A stretch of 64,000 bases of DNA from Eledone cirrhosa (lineage: Eukaryota). Within the stretch, counting starts at the first letter, position 1. Every line of letters starts with the position of its first letter. Shown piece by piece: positions 13,216 through 27,314 of this stretch. The notes beneath the pieces were generated by a model that worked only from the letters and a program-made list of their open reading frames with translations, was not told where the DNA came from and did no database searches. The stretch covers positions 44,454,001 through 44,518,000 of the forward strand of contig OZ024756.1 of assembly GCA_964016885.1 (NCBI GenBank), read 5' to 3'. The position numbers were made by a program, and so were the translations under genes.

Positions 13216-13505
13216 GTCTTAATGTGTGTGTATATATATATATACAGTGCCGGACTGGGTCTAAAAATATTGGTTGCCAGGAGATAAAAGGGGCCCACCT
13301 ACATATAGAATGAAGGGGGTCCACCTACATATAGAATGCTATCATTTAATTTTTATAATGAATAAATAACATTTCCGAAAAGTACATAAGTGGAAACAAA
13401 ACAGAAATGTCTTTCCTTCTCCAATATGTATTTTGCGAAATCCAGAGACTTTCAATAATGACCAGAAGTCGACCCTAAATATCGCTAATAGCTCTTTTTA
13501 ACTTT

Positions 13506-13782
13506 GATTTTGAAAGTAGGTTTATAATTATCAATTTTCATTATACTTTTATAGCTGTCTCGGTGGCCTAGTTGGAGGAATCATAGTCGGTGGTGATCCT
13601 GGTCTGAAGTTCCCAGTAAACATTTTCAGTTTTTTTCTACTGAAAAAAGGTTACACATACCTCTTGCCCAGGATTGAACCCAAGGCCAGGATCTCCACCG
13701 TCTCTAGTACCTACCGCTAGTCCACAGAGACAACTACGAAAATCTTATGAAAATTGATACTTATAAACCTACTTTCAAAATC
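13506..13782. mobile_element. Fold-back element with about 67-bp imperfect terminal inverted repeats running into tRNA-like sequence
   Basis: GATTTTGAAAGTAGGTTTATAA.TATCAATTTTCAT...TGTCTC.GTGG.CTAG at the left end and its reverse complement at the right end; A-box-like TGGCCTAGTTGG and B-box-like GGTTCAATCC inside. Confidence 0.65.
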
Positions 13783-14290
13783 CAGAGACTTTCAATAATT
13801 GTTTCTACTTTTGGCACAAGGCCAGCAATTATCCCAGTCGACTTTCAATAATGACCTTTGGTCTTTCACACTCAATCAATATGTGTGTGTTTATGTGTGT
13901 GTGTGTGTGTGTGTACACACATACAGAGAGTTTATGGTGCTGAGACCAGGATATACACACACACACACACACATACATAGATGTATGTGTGTATATATAT
14001 ATATATATATTCTAGTTAGTTAAGCTTATTCGATAACAATGAGTTACAAGCAGAAACATTAAGATAGGGAATTACTTCCACCTGTATTTAGTGATGGATA
14101 GTTACATGTTACATTGTTAAGGACTGCGATATTAACTGGTGTTCTAGCAATAAGGGAGGGGATGAAAAAAGGAAAGACTATCACTAAGATTATTGTATAC
14201 GCTGGCGTAAATTATTGGTATAAATTATGTTAATGTAAATTTATGGTATAATGATTCAAATGGGGAAGATTATTTATATATATATATATA

Positions 14291-14450
14291 GAAAAATGTA
14301 TGACCCCAACGGCAGAGCTCAAGCCGTTTCGACCGGCTTGAGCTCTGCCGTCGGGATCATATATTTTCCTATTACCCACTCTACTACCCTAAGTATTGAG
14401 TACTCTGGTGCGTTATGGTCCATCTGGTTCCTTACCTCAACTCCTTCGTT
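14291..14450 (+). mobile_element. Short (TA)n-flanked insert, family A, with 5' fold-back
   Basis: Arms of about 35 bp around TTTCGAC; tail CCTATTACCCACTCTACTACCC...CCTTCGTT shared with 42464-42650 and 49649-49810. Confidence 0.85.
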
Positions 14451-16264
14451 ATATATATATATATATATATATATACATGTGTACGTCTATGTACATTTTG
14501 TCTATGCATATCTGTGTACATATTTACGCTTGCCAGTATTTCTATGTGTGTTTATACTGCGTGGATGGTGTGTACTCAACGTAATTCATCTGACCTACAT
14601 ATTGGTCAGTAAACCCACTTGATATGGGCTGATGGTCATATGATACAAACAGTTTCAAGTTTCCCTCGTTTTCTATAAAAGGCGCAGAGAGGGATGGAGA
14701 GCAGCCGAATGAGGTAATTACCTTTTACACACCGACAAACGCTTCTTACAGTTAACTTTATACAGAATATGTGATCCTATTTCACTATATTTCAACTAAA
14801 CTGAGGCTCAACTTACTAAATTCTCTACTCTCAATAGCCTATATTTATATTTCAGTTAAACTGTGGTGCACCGTATAAAGTTAACTGGTCTCTGTTATTT
14901 ATTTTTAAACATACATTTATTTTAGGAAGAACCCATCGATCGTTTGTTGTAGCTTTGAGCCTTTCTGCTTCACATTTGAAAAAGGGGGTTTAACTCTGAA
15001 ATATCATGTTGAAATTTACTGGGTAAAAAGCTTCAGTTGCCAATTGTTTATATGTGTGTGTGTGTGTGTATGTGTGTTATAATATACTCGTTAGTTGATA
15101 CTATAACATGACTGAGTGATGAGTCCGAATTCATGAATTATCCATTCAAGAGGCTTCCATACAGTTTTTGTCTACCATATTGACATACATAGCTTAGGTG
15201 GACACGAGGCAATGGTAAACAGACACTAACCTGAGATGTCAAGAAATGGTAACGAACCAATGAGCTGAAGAATGCGAAGAAAACTTCCAAACCATAAAGC
15301 TATGACTTCATCCATACACACACTCATGCACACACATAGACACATGCATACTTACACACACACGCGCACACTGACAAACATACACACTCATCCACACACA
15401 GACACATGCACACTTACACACACAAGCATACTCATGCAAACGTGTATACTCATGCACACACACGTACACATACACAAGCACGCGTGCACACACATACACA
15501 CTGATATACACACTTTCTGAATCTCTCCCTTACAATAACTCTATTTCTATTGTTCTCTCTCTCTCTCTCTCTCTCTCTCCCTCTCTCTTAATCTGTCCCT
15601 CCATCCCTTTCTCTCTACTTCTTAATATCACTCTTTTTTCTTCTTAATCTGCCCCTCCCACTCTCAATCTACTCCCACTCTCACTCCTACAGTTTTTGTA
15701 CAGCCTTTCATCTAGTTATTTAGTCACCTTACCATTTACACACGCACTCACACACACACACTGACATACACACACACACGCGCACACTGACATACACACA
15801 CACTCACACACACACGCACACTGACATACACACACACACACACACACACTGACATACACACACACACACACATACAAACATACATTCTTAGCCAATCATA
15901 CGCGTAACTGTTTCTTACTCCTCTTTCTATCACTATTTCTCGCCTATCTCTCTCCCCTTCTCTCACTCCTCTTTCTATCACTCGCTTCCCCCTCTCTCAC
16001 TCCTCTTTTTATCACTCGCCTATCTCTCCTCTTCCTCTCCTCTTTCTATCACTCGCCTATCTCTCTTCCCTCTTTCCCGTTTACTCTCTTCCTCTAACTT
16101 CATTTTCCTCTTCCCAACAAAGCCTTTCCCTACATTCCATTTCCTCCTCCCTCCATATTCTACTATTATATATCTGTATATATATATAGAGAGATATGTG
16201 TGTATATATAGAGAGATGTGTGTATATATAGAGATATATGTGTGTATATACACACACACATATA

Positions 16265-16280
16265 TGTATATATTTGGTCA

Positions 16281-16331
<51 letters not shown>

Positions 16332-16610
16332 ATATATATATACACACACTCACACATATATATATATTTGGTCATATATATATTTGGTCATATATATATA
16401 TATACACACACACACACATATATATATATACACACATATATATATATATTTGGTCATATATATATATACACACACACATATACATATATATTTGGTCATA
16501 TATATATATATATACACACACACACATATATATATATACACACACACATATACATATATATTTGGTCATATATATATATACACACATATATATATACACA
16601 CACACATATA
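16265..16610. repeat. Compound minisatellite TTTGGTCA-(TA)n-(CA)n-(TA)n
   Basis: Six TTTGGTCA anchors separated by variable dinucleotide tracts. Confidence 0.85.
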
Positions 16611-18492
16611 CGCTTGTGTGGGATGTTGTATGTGTGTAAACCTCTCTATTTACTAACTTCCTTAACTCTCCCTTGACTCTCTCACACAATAGAAATGTCT
16701 TCTACATGACTAGAACTGTTTCATTCGTAGGAATACATCAATATATTTATATATACAACTATATGTGTGTGTACATATATGTGTGTGTGTGTAGGTATAT
16801 ATATATATATTTACACACACATATAGGTGTTTATATATATATTTATATAAACACCTATATGTGTGTGTAAGTACATATATGCGTGTGTAGGTATATATAT
16901 ATATATATTTATATATACAACTATATGTGTGTGTCAGTACATATATGGGGGTGTGTGTGTAGGTATATATATAAATATTTATGCGTGTGTGAGTATGTAG
17001 GGGTATATGTGTGTGTGTCAGTGTCTATCCATATATATATGTGTGTACGTGTGAATACATATTTCATTTTCCTTTACAGATTTAGTTAATGAGACAGCGG
17101 CCATGCTGGAACAATGCCTGATTTAGTTCATCATATCTCCAGTACGTAATTCTCCAAGACCGGTACTTATTTTATCAGTCTCTGTTTGTCGAACTGTTTA
17201 CGGGACATAAACACAAACGTAAATACAGACGAACATGCAAATCTATTTCTCTCTCTCCTTCTCTCTTATACCGACTCACATCTCATAGTCTTTCTACTTC
17301 TGACTGTACACACACACACAAATACACACACAAGTACATCTCCTACTCTCCACACTTCACTTCCTCAATCTTTAGTACTTTTCACAACACACACACACAC
17401 ATTGCTGTGATAGTTGAAACAAACTAAAGAATAAAGAACTCCGAAACACACACACGTACACACGGCCTTTACTCTCTCTCTCTCTCTGATACCTCTAACC
17501 TCTCTATCACTCTCACTATCTCTCTCTCTACCTCACCTTATCTTCCCTGTCCTTCCTACCTTTCTCACATCCCTCTTACTATTACTCCAACATTCCCTAT
17601 CCCCCTTCAACTTTCTCTTTCTTTTCCCCCACTTTCCTATATTTTCTCCCATCTTTTTCTCTCCCTCATCCTCTCTACCTTACATCACCCCGCCACCTTC
17701 TCTCCCCCTCTTTCCTCATTCTACTACTACTACTACTACTACTGCTATTACTACTACTACTACAACTACCACCACTACTACCAGCACTAATACTACTACT
17801 ACCACCACCACCACCACTACTACCACCACTGCTACTGTTGCTACTACTACCACCACTGCTACTGTTGCTACTACTACTACTACTGTTTTCCTTCCCCTTT
17901 CCTTACAACATCACCCACAAACACTACAGCAGAAATAACAACACTATCAGCAGCATCGCTATCATCATCATCATAATCACCATCATCATCATTATCGTCA
18001 TAGTCATAGTCAGAGGCAATTTCTTTGTATAAGCGATGCTACCCCGAGAAGGGTGCGAATGAATCCAAGGAAATCGCCTACGTAAAACCAGGATATAGTA
18101 GATTTCAACTGTGTGTTTATTGTTTTTTTATTACAACAACAATACTACCACTACCATTAATACAACTAATACTACCACTAGTACTACTACTACTAATAAC
18201 AGTGACAACACCAGTAACAATGACAAGAGCGATTTTTCTTACTAAAACTAACATTATTACCATCCAACTGTAGGCAGTATCGAAACCGACACAGCTACCT
18301 TCACTATACTACCATCACAACCACTAACATAACAACATCAACAGCAACTACAACAAACAGTACTAATGCTACTAGTTGTGTATATAGACATCATTTCTAC
18401 TACATCGGTAAAACTAGCCAAACAACTCCTAGCAACTACAACACTAACAACAGCACCAAAAGTCACCACACAGTCATTACCAACTACATTAG

Positions 18493-19098
18493 CAGCACCA
18501 ACAACAACAGCAGCAACCACCATCGACAACTACACCACCATTTAGTGACATCAACGAAAACACCTGTTCCATCACTGCCGCCACCTTCAGTTCCATCACC
18601 GCTGCCACCTTCAGTGCCGGCACCTTATCTAAGACCAGCCCAAATATTATAACCACCACTACCACCAACACCACTACTACAGCTACTACTACTACTACTA
18701 CTACTACTACATCTGCTTCTATCACCACCACCACCATTACGTCTCCGGACAGCCCGCGGCGATTCGCTTCCGGTGACGGAAAAAACGTTACAGGTAACAA
18801 GCATGTCACCGATGTCCCCACCACCACCATCACCACCGCCACCACTACCACCGACACCATGGACATCACGGACACTAATACCAACACCACTACCACCCCC
18901 GTCCTTGTCACCACCACCAACACTACTTTGACAACTGCCACCGTAGCTGCAACCACTAATGGTGATGGTGGGAGTGGCGGCGGTAATAGTGGAGTAGTTG
19001 CTGGTGATGGTAGTAGTGGTGGTGGTAGTGCTGGTATTTGTTGTGGTGATAGTGTAGACAGTGGCAGAATGGACGACGTCAGTAATATCAACAACAAC

Positions 19099-19153
<55 letters not shown>

Positions 19154-19785
19154 TTAATGACAGTAATAGTAGTATCAATATTAAAGGTAAATGTAATAAG
19201 AGCGTTAGTAATACTATCAGTAGTTTTAGTACCAGTGGTCTCCGCTTTAGTGGTTGCCCGTTCTCATTTGTTGGTGGAGGAGCAGGTAGGGATGGTGAAA
19301 ATGGAAGTGGAGGTATTGGCAGCCCACCCCAGGCATTACCTTTATTATTACAACAACAACCAACAACAACACCGACACCAAAACTGCAGCTACTTCTTCA
19401 CTCCATAACAACAACAACCACTACAACGACGACAGTAACAACAGCAACAACAACAAGAACAACCACAGCAAAACCAACGACACCAACAATACAACAACAA
19501 AAACAGCAACAACAACATTCACCGCACATGGCCGGGTCATGTATGTGGGCCTTAGGGTTACAGAAGAGCACATCACCGTCGGGGTCAAGGGTGGCACCCA
19601 CGTCCGGTGGTTGTAGCCCCACCGTTACTAGCCCCGGCAGTAAGAGACAACGTAAGATCAGTAATATTTCCACAACCTCATCTTCGGCAGGGTCCGATTC
19701 GGAAGGAGGCCAGGATGTTTACACGGAGCGTCGCCTGGAATTACGAGGACTCATTGAAGCGGTTGGCACCCTTATATTACCCACG
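18493..19785 (+). CDS. Probable large low-complexity coding exon of an unidentified host gene (5' boundary uncertain)
   Basis: Frame open from 18493; Thr/Ser/Gly/Gln-rich, then complex sequence (SPGSKRQRKISNISTTSSSAGSDSEGGQDVYTERRLELRGLIEAVGTLILPT) ending at a phase-0 donor ACG|GTAAGT. Confidence 0.7.
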
Positions 19786-21225
19786 GTAAGTCCCACCTGC
19801 ATGCTTTACATGAATTGTTGCTGCGCTCTGGTATATAATCATTCTTTACCCTTGGTCAGTCCTAATCCAACTGACTTATGATCAAATGCGTTCCAGCCGT
19901 GACCAATCCATCATATTCTACTATGTGGAGGCGAGGGACCCAAGATCTACATTATCCAGTGTTCTCTAAAACCAGGGAAAGTGTGTGACTTAAGGAAGAT
20001 TTAACTACTGTTTCTAGGAGGTCGAACGACCAAGTACAGATTCCGTCGTTAATGTTGATGTTTAAACAGTGGCCAACCCTGATCCAGCTATACATTCCAC
20101 CCATGAACAACCCGTCTATTCACCTATTTGCAGTGGAACAAGGACTACATTAATTGAAGTTTGGGACGGCAGAGAAGGGAGATGTTTGAGTGAGATTTGG
20201 CTGCTATTTCTAGCAAATCAAGTAACTACGTACAGGCTCACCTGTTGGCTCGTGATGGTGGTGCTGCTGTTATTGCTGCAGGTGCGGTGATAATGTGGGT
20301 GTGTGGTGGTAGTGGTGGTGATGTAGGTGTGTCATGGTCTGGGGGTGGAAGTGGTGGTGGTGGTGGTGGTAGAATAGTGGCGGCGGCGTAGTGATGGTGG
20401 TGGTGCAGGTGGTGATAGTGGTGGTGGTAGTGTGGTGATGGTGGTGAGGTGTTTGTATGTGGGTTGATATTATACATCACCATTAGTAAACGGCGTCGTT
20501 AGTTACAGGCTTCCATAATCCAGTTAAAAGTATCAAGGGAGTATAAGTTACTCGGTACAGAACAAATACAACAACAAACTTCACTGGTTTCCTCGTTTTT
20601 TTTTCTTTAATTCTTTCTTTCTTTTATTTTATTTTCATTTTTTAAGTTTTTTATTTTTAGTTTTTGTGTCATTTTATATTTAAATATTTCATCCAATGTA
20701 CCGTGTACATTGTTATTGTTGTTGTTGTGGTGGTGGTGGTGGTTGCTAATGTTGTTGTGGTGGTTGTTGTTTTATCTATGTTGTGGTTGTTATGGTTGTT
20801 ATTGTGGTTGTTACTGTTATGGATGTTATTGTAATGCCAAGGGACTGTATAATCGGCAGAGCATCCATCAATATTACAGCTCCCACCCACATTGCCCACC
20901 CCGTTCTCAGTTCAGGGTGAAGATTACTTTCAATTTACTGGGGTTAGATAAGAACATGTGGGGGGGGGGTGTAATAAATTAATCCCCCTACTGCCACCCC
21001 TACCTAACCATCAAATTTAGAAATAATTGTTATTGTTATTGTTGTTGTTGTTGTTATTGTTGATGTCATTGTTTTGTTACTTTTCGTGTTATATTACATG
21101 ATATCCCACCCCACCATACATGATATCCCACCCTACCATAAATGATATCCCACCCTACCATAGTTGAACATGGTAGGGTGGGATAAGACTGGCTAGTAAC
21201 ATTTGATGATCTGTTGACTCGGGGC

Positions 21226-21697
21226 TGACCTACGGCTAAACTACAACAACTACAGCAACACATGACCTACGGCTAAACTACAACAACTACAGCAACACAT
21301 GACCTACGGCTAAACTACAACAACTACAGCAACACATGACCTACGGCTAAACTACAACAACTACAGCAACACATGACCTACGGCTAAACTACAGCAACTA
21401 CAGCAACACATGACCTACGGCTAAACTACAACAACTACAGCAACACATGACCTACGGCTAAACTACAACAACTACAGCAACACATGACCTACGGCTAAAC
21501 TACAACAACTACAGCAACACATGACCTACGGCTAAACTACAACAACTACAGCAACACATGACCTACGGCTAAACTACAGCAACTACAGCAACACATGACC
21601 TACGGCTAAACTACAACAACTACAGCAACACATGACCTACGGCTAAACTACAACAACTACAGCAACACATGACCTACGGCTAAACTACAGCAACACA
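21226..21697 (+). repeat. 37-bp minisatellite, about 12.7 copies
   Basis: Unit TGACCTACGGCTAAACTACA(A/G)CAACTACAGCAACACA, head to tail with no spacers. Confidence 0.97.
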
Positions 21698-21957
21698 AAT
21701 ATTTATAACTATTCCGCCCCATCTTATTCTAACACTTCTCTCTTCCATTCACAATATTTCAACGTTGTTTTGTCTAAGACAGTTGTACACGTTAGCTATA
21801 TATAGAATCATATGAATCACATGTGTCATTGATACGGACACACAGACACAGGCGTGTGTGTGTGTATGTATGTGTGTGTGTGTGTACATATATATATGTG
21901 TGTGTGTGTGCGTGTGTGTACATAGATATATATATGCGTGTGTGTGTGTGTACATAG

Positions 21958-21989
<32 letters not shown>

Positions 21990-22115
21990 AGTTTTTGAAT
22001 TCCAGAGTATACAATGTTGCATACATAAATCTATGCATGTTAGTCTGCATATATGTATATATAGATGGAAACATGTTTTGGTGTAAGTGGCTGAGTTTTG
22101 TCTCTTACTCCACAG

Positions 22116-22214
22116 GACAGCGTTTGGCTTATGTCAGACGCTGTGACCCCTGGTGGGCCAGCAGTACCGTTAGTAGGAGTCGAAACTGCAAAAGTCTATC
22201 TCAACGGCCGATGA
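22116..22214 (+). CDS. Probable terminal coding exon of the same gene (DSVWLMSDAVTPGGPAVPLVGVETAKVYLNGR*)
   Basis: Strong acceptor TTTTGTCTCTTACTCCACAG|G; phase 0 matches the 19785 donor; open to TGA at 22212-22214; AATAAA at 22456-22461. Confidence 0.62.
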   Translation, partial: DSVWLMSDAVTPGGPAVPLVGVETAKVYLNGR

Positions 22215-22340
22215 CCATGGAGTTCTGTGTCCTTTGTTTGTGTGTTTATTTTTTAAAGAAATAATTTTTTAAGGTATCCCCTTAAAATATTGTATTTCGT
22301 TTTGCCTTGTTTGCGTTCGTTGTCTTGTCTAAGTTTTTAA

Positions 22341-22378
<38 letters not shown>

Positions 22379-22721
22379 CGTGTCCGTAGTTTAACCAACA
22401 ATTATTAACTTTCGTAGCGTGGAAGACAGAGACAAACCATCCTTGGTGAAGTTTTAATAAAAGACGAAACTAGCCATTCAAACCCTCATTAGCGAGACCC
22501 CAATTATTTGACTATGGGGCCAACATGATTGTGTATATGCTACGCCATTCTCTTATTCTTGTAATTATGTTTACTTACAAAGTTTCTGGTGTACAAACAT
22601 TTTTATTTTATTTCAGATTAATTTTAATGCCAGAATAGGAGACAAACTGCACGTGAGAAGTGTCAACCGTCATAGCTTTAATCAACAGCGAAGCAATAGT
22701 GTGTGTATATACACACACACA

Positions 22722-22722
22722 G

Positions 22723-22762
<40 letters not shown>

Positions 22763-22817
22763 CATATATATATATATATGATATATATATATATATATAT
22801 ATCATATATATATATAT

Positions 22818-22878
<61 letters not shown>

Positions 22879-22881
22879 TAT

Positions 22882-22916
<35 letters not shown>

Positions 22917-22939
22917 CATATATATATATATATATATAT

Positions 22940-22978
<39 letters not shown>

Positions 22979-22989
22979 TATATATATAT

Positions 22990-23036
<47 letters not shown>

Positions 23037-23150
23037 TATATATATATATCATATATATATATATCATATATATATATCATATATATCATATATATATATA
23101 TTTATATCATATATATATATACATATATCATATATATATATATACATATA
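22722..23150. repeat. (TA)n array punctuated by ATC
   Basis: Direct reading. Confidence 0.95.
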
Positions 23151-23967
23151 TTATATTCTAAATATGTTAAGTATCGTTAGTTTAGATCTGGTTTTCTAGT
23201 AGACCAGTGAGATAAACACCAATATATGTTGTTCATTTCAGAGTTGTAGTTGCCTCGCAAGTGATTTGATCTGAGATAATGTGTTGAAACAAAAGCAATT
23301 ACATTGTGAAAGAGTCATTTTATACACGCACACTCACACACTTAAATTCACGTTACATTTATCATGTGTCAACATTTTCGTCACACTGTTTCTGACATAC
23401 AGAGGAACTGTGATCAAGTCTCGATGAATGCGAAGTGAATTTAACAATTTTTGTGGCCGCTTTGGGTTCATTTTTCATGGCTAAAATGAGTCTTGCACGA
23501 AATAATTGATGTTTTCTTAATCACTTCTTAATTGGAAATGTTTGTTCAATAAAGAGTCAAATATTGATAATAAATTGCTGAATAATGAGCAATTAATTGA
23601 TGGTGTTTGATCACTAGTGAGCAAATTTCTGATAAAAAAAACTTTGTAAATCGTTTTCCACAATGCAGAAAATTTAATGAACGTTTCTCCAATAATATGG
23701 TGGAAAACTAGAATTATTCTGTAACAATCAAAACAAGAAAACCGTTCGATAGTAAGTGTATTCATTGTTAATAGAGTAATATTTAACTAAACATTCATAA
23801 TAATTATTTGATAATGGTTAGCATATGTTGATTATGATTAATTAGGACGTATGTTAATTGGATAATGATTAAAATAGCATAGTGTTTATACAATTAAAAG
23901 TTGGATTATGTATGTTCATTAAAGATTAAAACTTTCTTATTGTTTAGAATATTGCAACGAATAAAAT

Positions 23968-24215
23968 ATTGTGCGGTATTCGTCCCGGCTTTCCCCCTGA
24001 GTTCAAATCCCACCGAGGTCAACATTGCCTTTCACCCTTTCGAGGTCGAAACAAAAAGTACCAGTTTAGTACTGCGGTTGATTCCTCCTCTGTATCTGTT
24101 CCTTACTTTCTATCCTTCTCTGAAAGAAATCTTCTTTATTCAGACCTGGAGAGGGATGACTCCACCAGGCTTAAAATGCCCTAAAAACGCCATTACGTTG
24201 TCCCTACGGCTCAAT
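23968..24215 (+). mobile_element. SINE (same subfamily as 4715-5150)
   Basis: GAGTTCAAATCCCACCGAGGTCAAC...TCAGACCTGGAG...TTAAAATGCCC.A.AAACGCC shared with 4910-5115. Confidence 0.8.
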
Positions 24216-24602
24216 AGATCTTAAATAAAAGTAAAAGGAAAACATACGTCCTTTGGTTTCCTCGATGAATATTCAGGTCTAGATTAGCGAAAACATCGTT
24301 GAAATAACGTCCGAGTGGTTGAGTATTCCTCAGACGCGAGTACTCTTAACGAAGTGTTCGTTTGACCTTCTAGAAATAGTAATCTAATTACTCTTTTCAA
24401 ATGACTCTCCTTCGTCATTATAAAACCAATATGAAGAGACAGGTTGTTTAATATTTCCCCAATGTCCGTAACTCAACCGCTTTGTATATATACACATACA
24501 CAGAGAGAAACACACACACACTCATTCACACACAGGTATAATCATACATAGAAACAGTCACATAACCCCACATATATACACGCCCCCATATATACAAATT
24601 TA

Positions 24603-24633
<31 letters not shown>

Positions 24634-25721
24634 GTGTGTGTGATGTAGTGCGTATGTGTGTGTATAAACATATGTGTGTATAAGGAACTTACAAAATCAA
24701 ACGTCCATCTTGCTCCACTCAGAATATATATACGCTAATGTAACGGTCAAGTACTTGTTTCCGCATTAATGTGGAAGGAAATTCCATTAAGGGTTTGAAT
24801 TATATTTCATGTGAAATTTCACATGCTTACCTCCTTACACTTACAATAGTTTTGACACGGCTGTGTGTATATATTGCTTTGTAATTTAGGCACAATGTCA
24901 GTTTTTTTTTGTTTGGGGTCGAGGTAAATTTATTATATCTACCCCAGTCTGAAAGCGTGTGACTTAGGCGTTATGGTGTTCTGATTACGATCATAAGTTC
25001 ATGGTTTTGATTCCCCAACTGGACAGCACATTGAGGCCTTGGGAAATTACTCAACTTTATTTCACGTTAAGAGTGTAGATTTGTGGTGCTTCCTGATTGT
25101 CTGCTGGTGAGCAGATCGATACTGGTGTTAAATCTATCACATTGATGTAGTCTTCGAGCCAATTATCTACAAAACGTACGTAACGGACGATATTCAATAA
25201 AGAAAACTTAAACATTTAAATTGAATCTTCGTCGTATCAAACTTTATGTGTGTGTGTGTGTGTATACATATGTGTGTGTGTATACATATGTGTGTGTGTG
25301 TTTCTTTTTTGATATGTTGAATCATAAACTTATTTGTTTTTAATGAAAAATCGATGAAACAATCTCGTATCAATATAGATATTAATAGTTATATCAGCAT
25401 TCAGGGAATCACTATTTTCAATTCATATTCAGAATGCGAAGAGAAAGTCAAATAGATTTATATTTGAACGAAGATTAATTCAAGAGCTATTGAGGTGTAT
25501 TATTCAATTTGTATTACGTTAAATTATTCTATATTTTATATTAGACGTCCTTCGTTTGAAGAATAAAATATAGAATTCTCGAAAAAAAAAAATGTAAATC
25601 TATCTAAATCTCCAAAGAATTTTTCCACAGACTATATAAACATTTGAAGAATTTATCAGTAAACCCTAAAACAAGAATTCAGTATACATTTTAACCAAGC
25701 TCTCTCATATAATTTGAATAA

Positions 25722-26350
25722 AGGTTTCTGATTTAGGTATAAAACTAACAATTCTGGGGGAGGGGTATGTCGATTAAATCGACCCCAGTGCGTTACTAGT
25801 ACTTTACTTTATCGACCCCAGTGTATTACTGGTACTTTACTTTATCGACCCCGTAAAGATGAAAGACAAAGCTAACCTCGGTGGAATTTGAACTCAGGAC
25901 GTAAAGTGCCAGACCAAATACAGCTAAGCATTCGTCTAGTTTTCTAATGACTCTGCCAATCCACCACTCTTTCTTCTAATACAGATACAATGCCAGTCAT
26001 GGGGAGGGAAAGTCGGTTTCATCGATTCCCAATACTTGATTGGTACTTTATTTTATCGGCTCTTGTATGATGAAAGTCAAAATTAGCCTCAGCGGAACAA
26101 ACCCCGCAAAGCAATTTCCTTACACTTCACTGTTTCTGCCAATCCATCCCCTTTTGGAGAAATCGATCGACAAGGTCCCAGGCCTCATCCTCTTACCAAG
26201 GGGAGTGGAACTTGGTAATGTTTCCATCGCTTATATCTACCGGTCACAACTCCTGGTAGAAGACGCACCACCATGTCCGGGAGCCGAACTTGCAACCTTA
26301 CGTTTACGAATCCAATTCTCTAACCACTAAGCCACACACCTTCACATTTG
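25722..26350 (-). mobile_element. Cluster of reverse-oriented SINE copies and fragments
   Basis: Repeated GTACTTTA.TTTATCGACCCC...GGAATTTGAACTCAG (reverse of the SINE core); tRNA-like head remnant at about 26270-26345. Confidence 0.7.
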
Positions 26351-27277
26351 TAATAATATATTTGACATTTGTAATAATATCTGCATAAGTCGTGCACTAA
26401 GTAGCGAGTCACTTTCATAATCTATGCTAATAATATCTTGATAAAAAATTACTTTTTTCTCTGTAACAATATCAATGTTAATTAAATTCTATTTGATTTT
26501 CTTTCTCACTTTCCATTTTAATATGTTTTGTTAATAGATTCTTTGATCGCATTTATATATATTTCTTATTTCTATTATTCTATTTAGTGGGGGTGACAGC
26601 GAATTAGCGTGCGTGCGTGCGTGTGCGCGTGCGTGCGTGCGTGCGCGTGCGTGCGTGCGTGCGCGTGCGTGCGTGCGTGTGCGCGTGCGTGCGTGTGCGC
26701 GTGTGCGCGTGCGTGCGCGCGTGTGTGTGTGTGTGTGCGTGCGTGCGTGTGTTTATACTTAAATAGATACATAAAAATGTATTTACATTGAGAGACAAGC
26801 GATGGGAAAGATGAATGCTGAGTAAGCACAGATGCTGTCCAGAGAACAACGCCAAACAGAAACAAAGAAAATCATTTCTTATGAAAGTATTCATTCTTCC
26901 TGAAATGTTAAACATTGAAAGTGTCAATAGAATTAGGAGAGTTAATAAGTTTGAAGTGAGTTACGTAATTGAAACTGACATTGATCATTGGCATATTGGA
27001 ACATTGGAAAATCCTACCTAATGTAATAACGGTTTCCTATTTAGGCACAAGGCCAGCTATTTTTTGCTGTGGTGAGGGAAGGAGATTAAGAGGAAAGTTG
27101 ATACGATCCCAGCATTTGAATGTACTTAATTTTATCGACTCCGGAAGGTTTTTATATTTCAACATAGCCCTATGGAAAGAAACAATGCAGTTATTAACGA
27201 GAAGAGTTGAAATTTATGCATGCAAGATTTCACAGTTCTAGCATCACTCCTTCATAGTCAGCCTATCCCCTCATGTG

Positions 27278-27314
<37 letters not shown>

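Noticed and set aside
21226-21697. CRISPR-like regular 37-bp repeat
   Set aside because: Units are contiguous with no unique spacers, there are no cas genes, and the context is eukaryotic.
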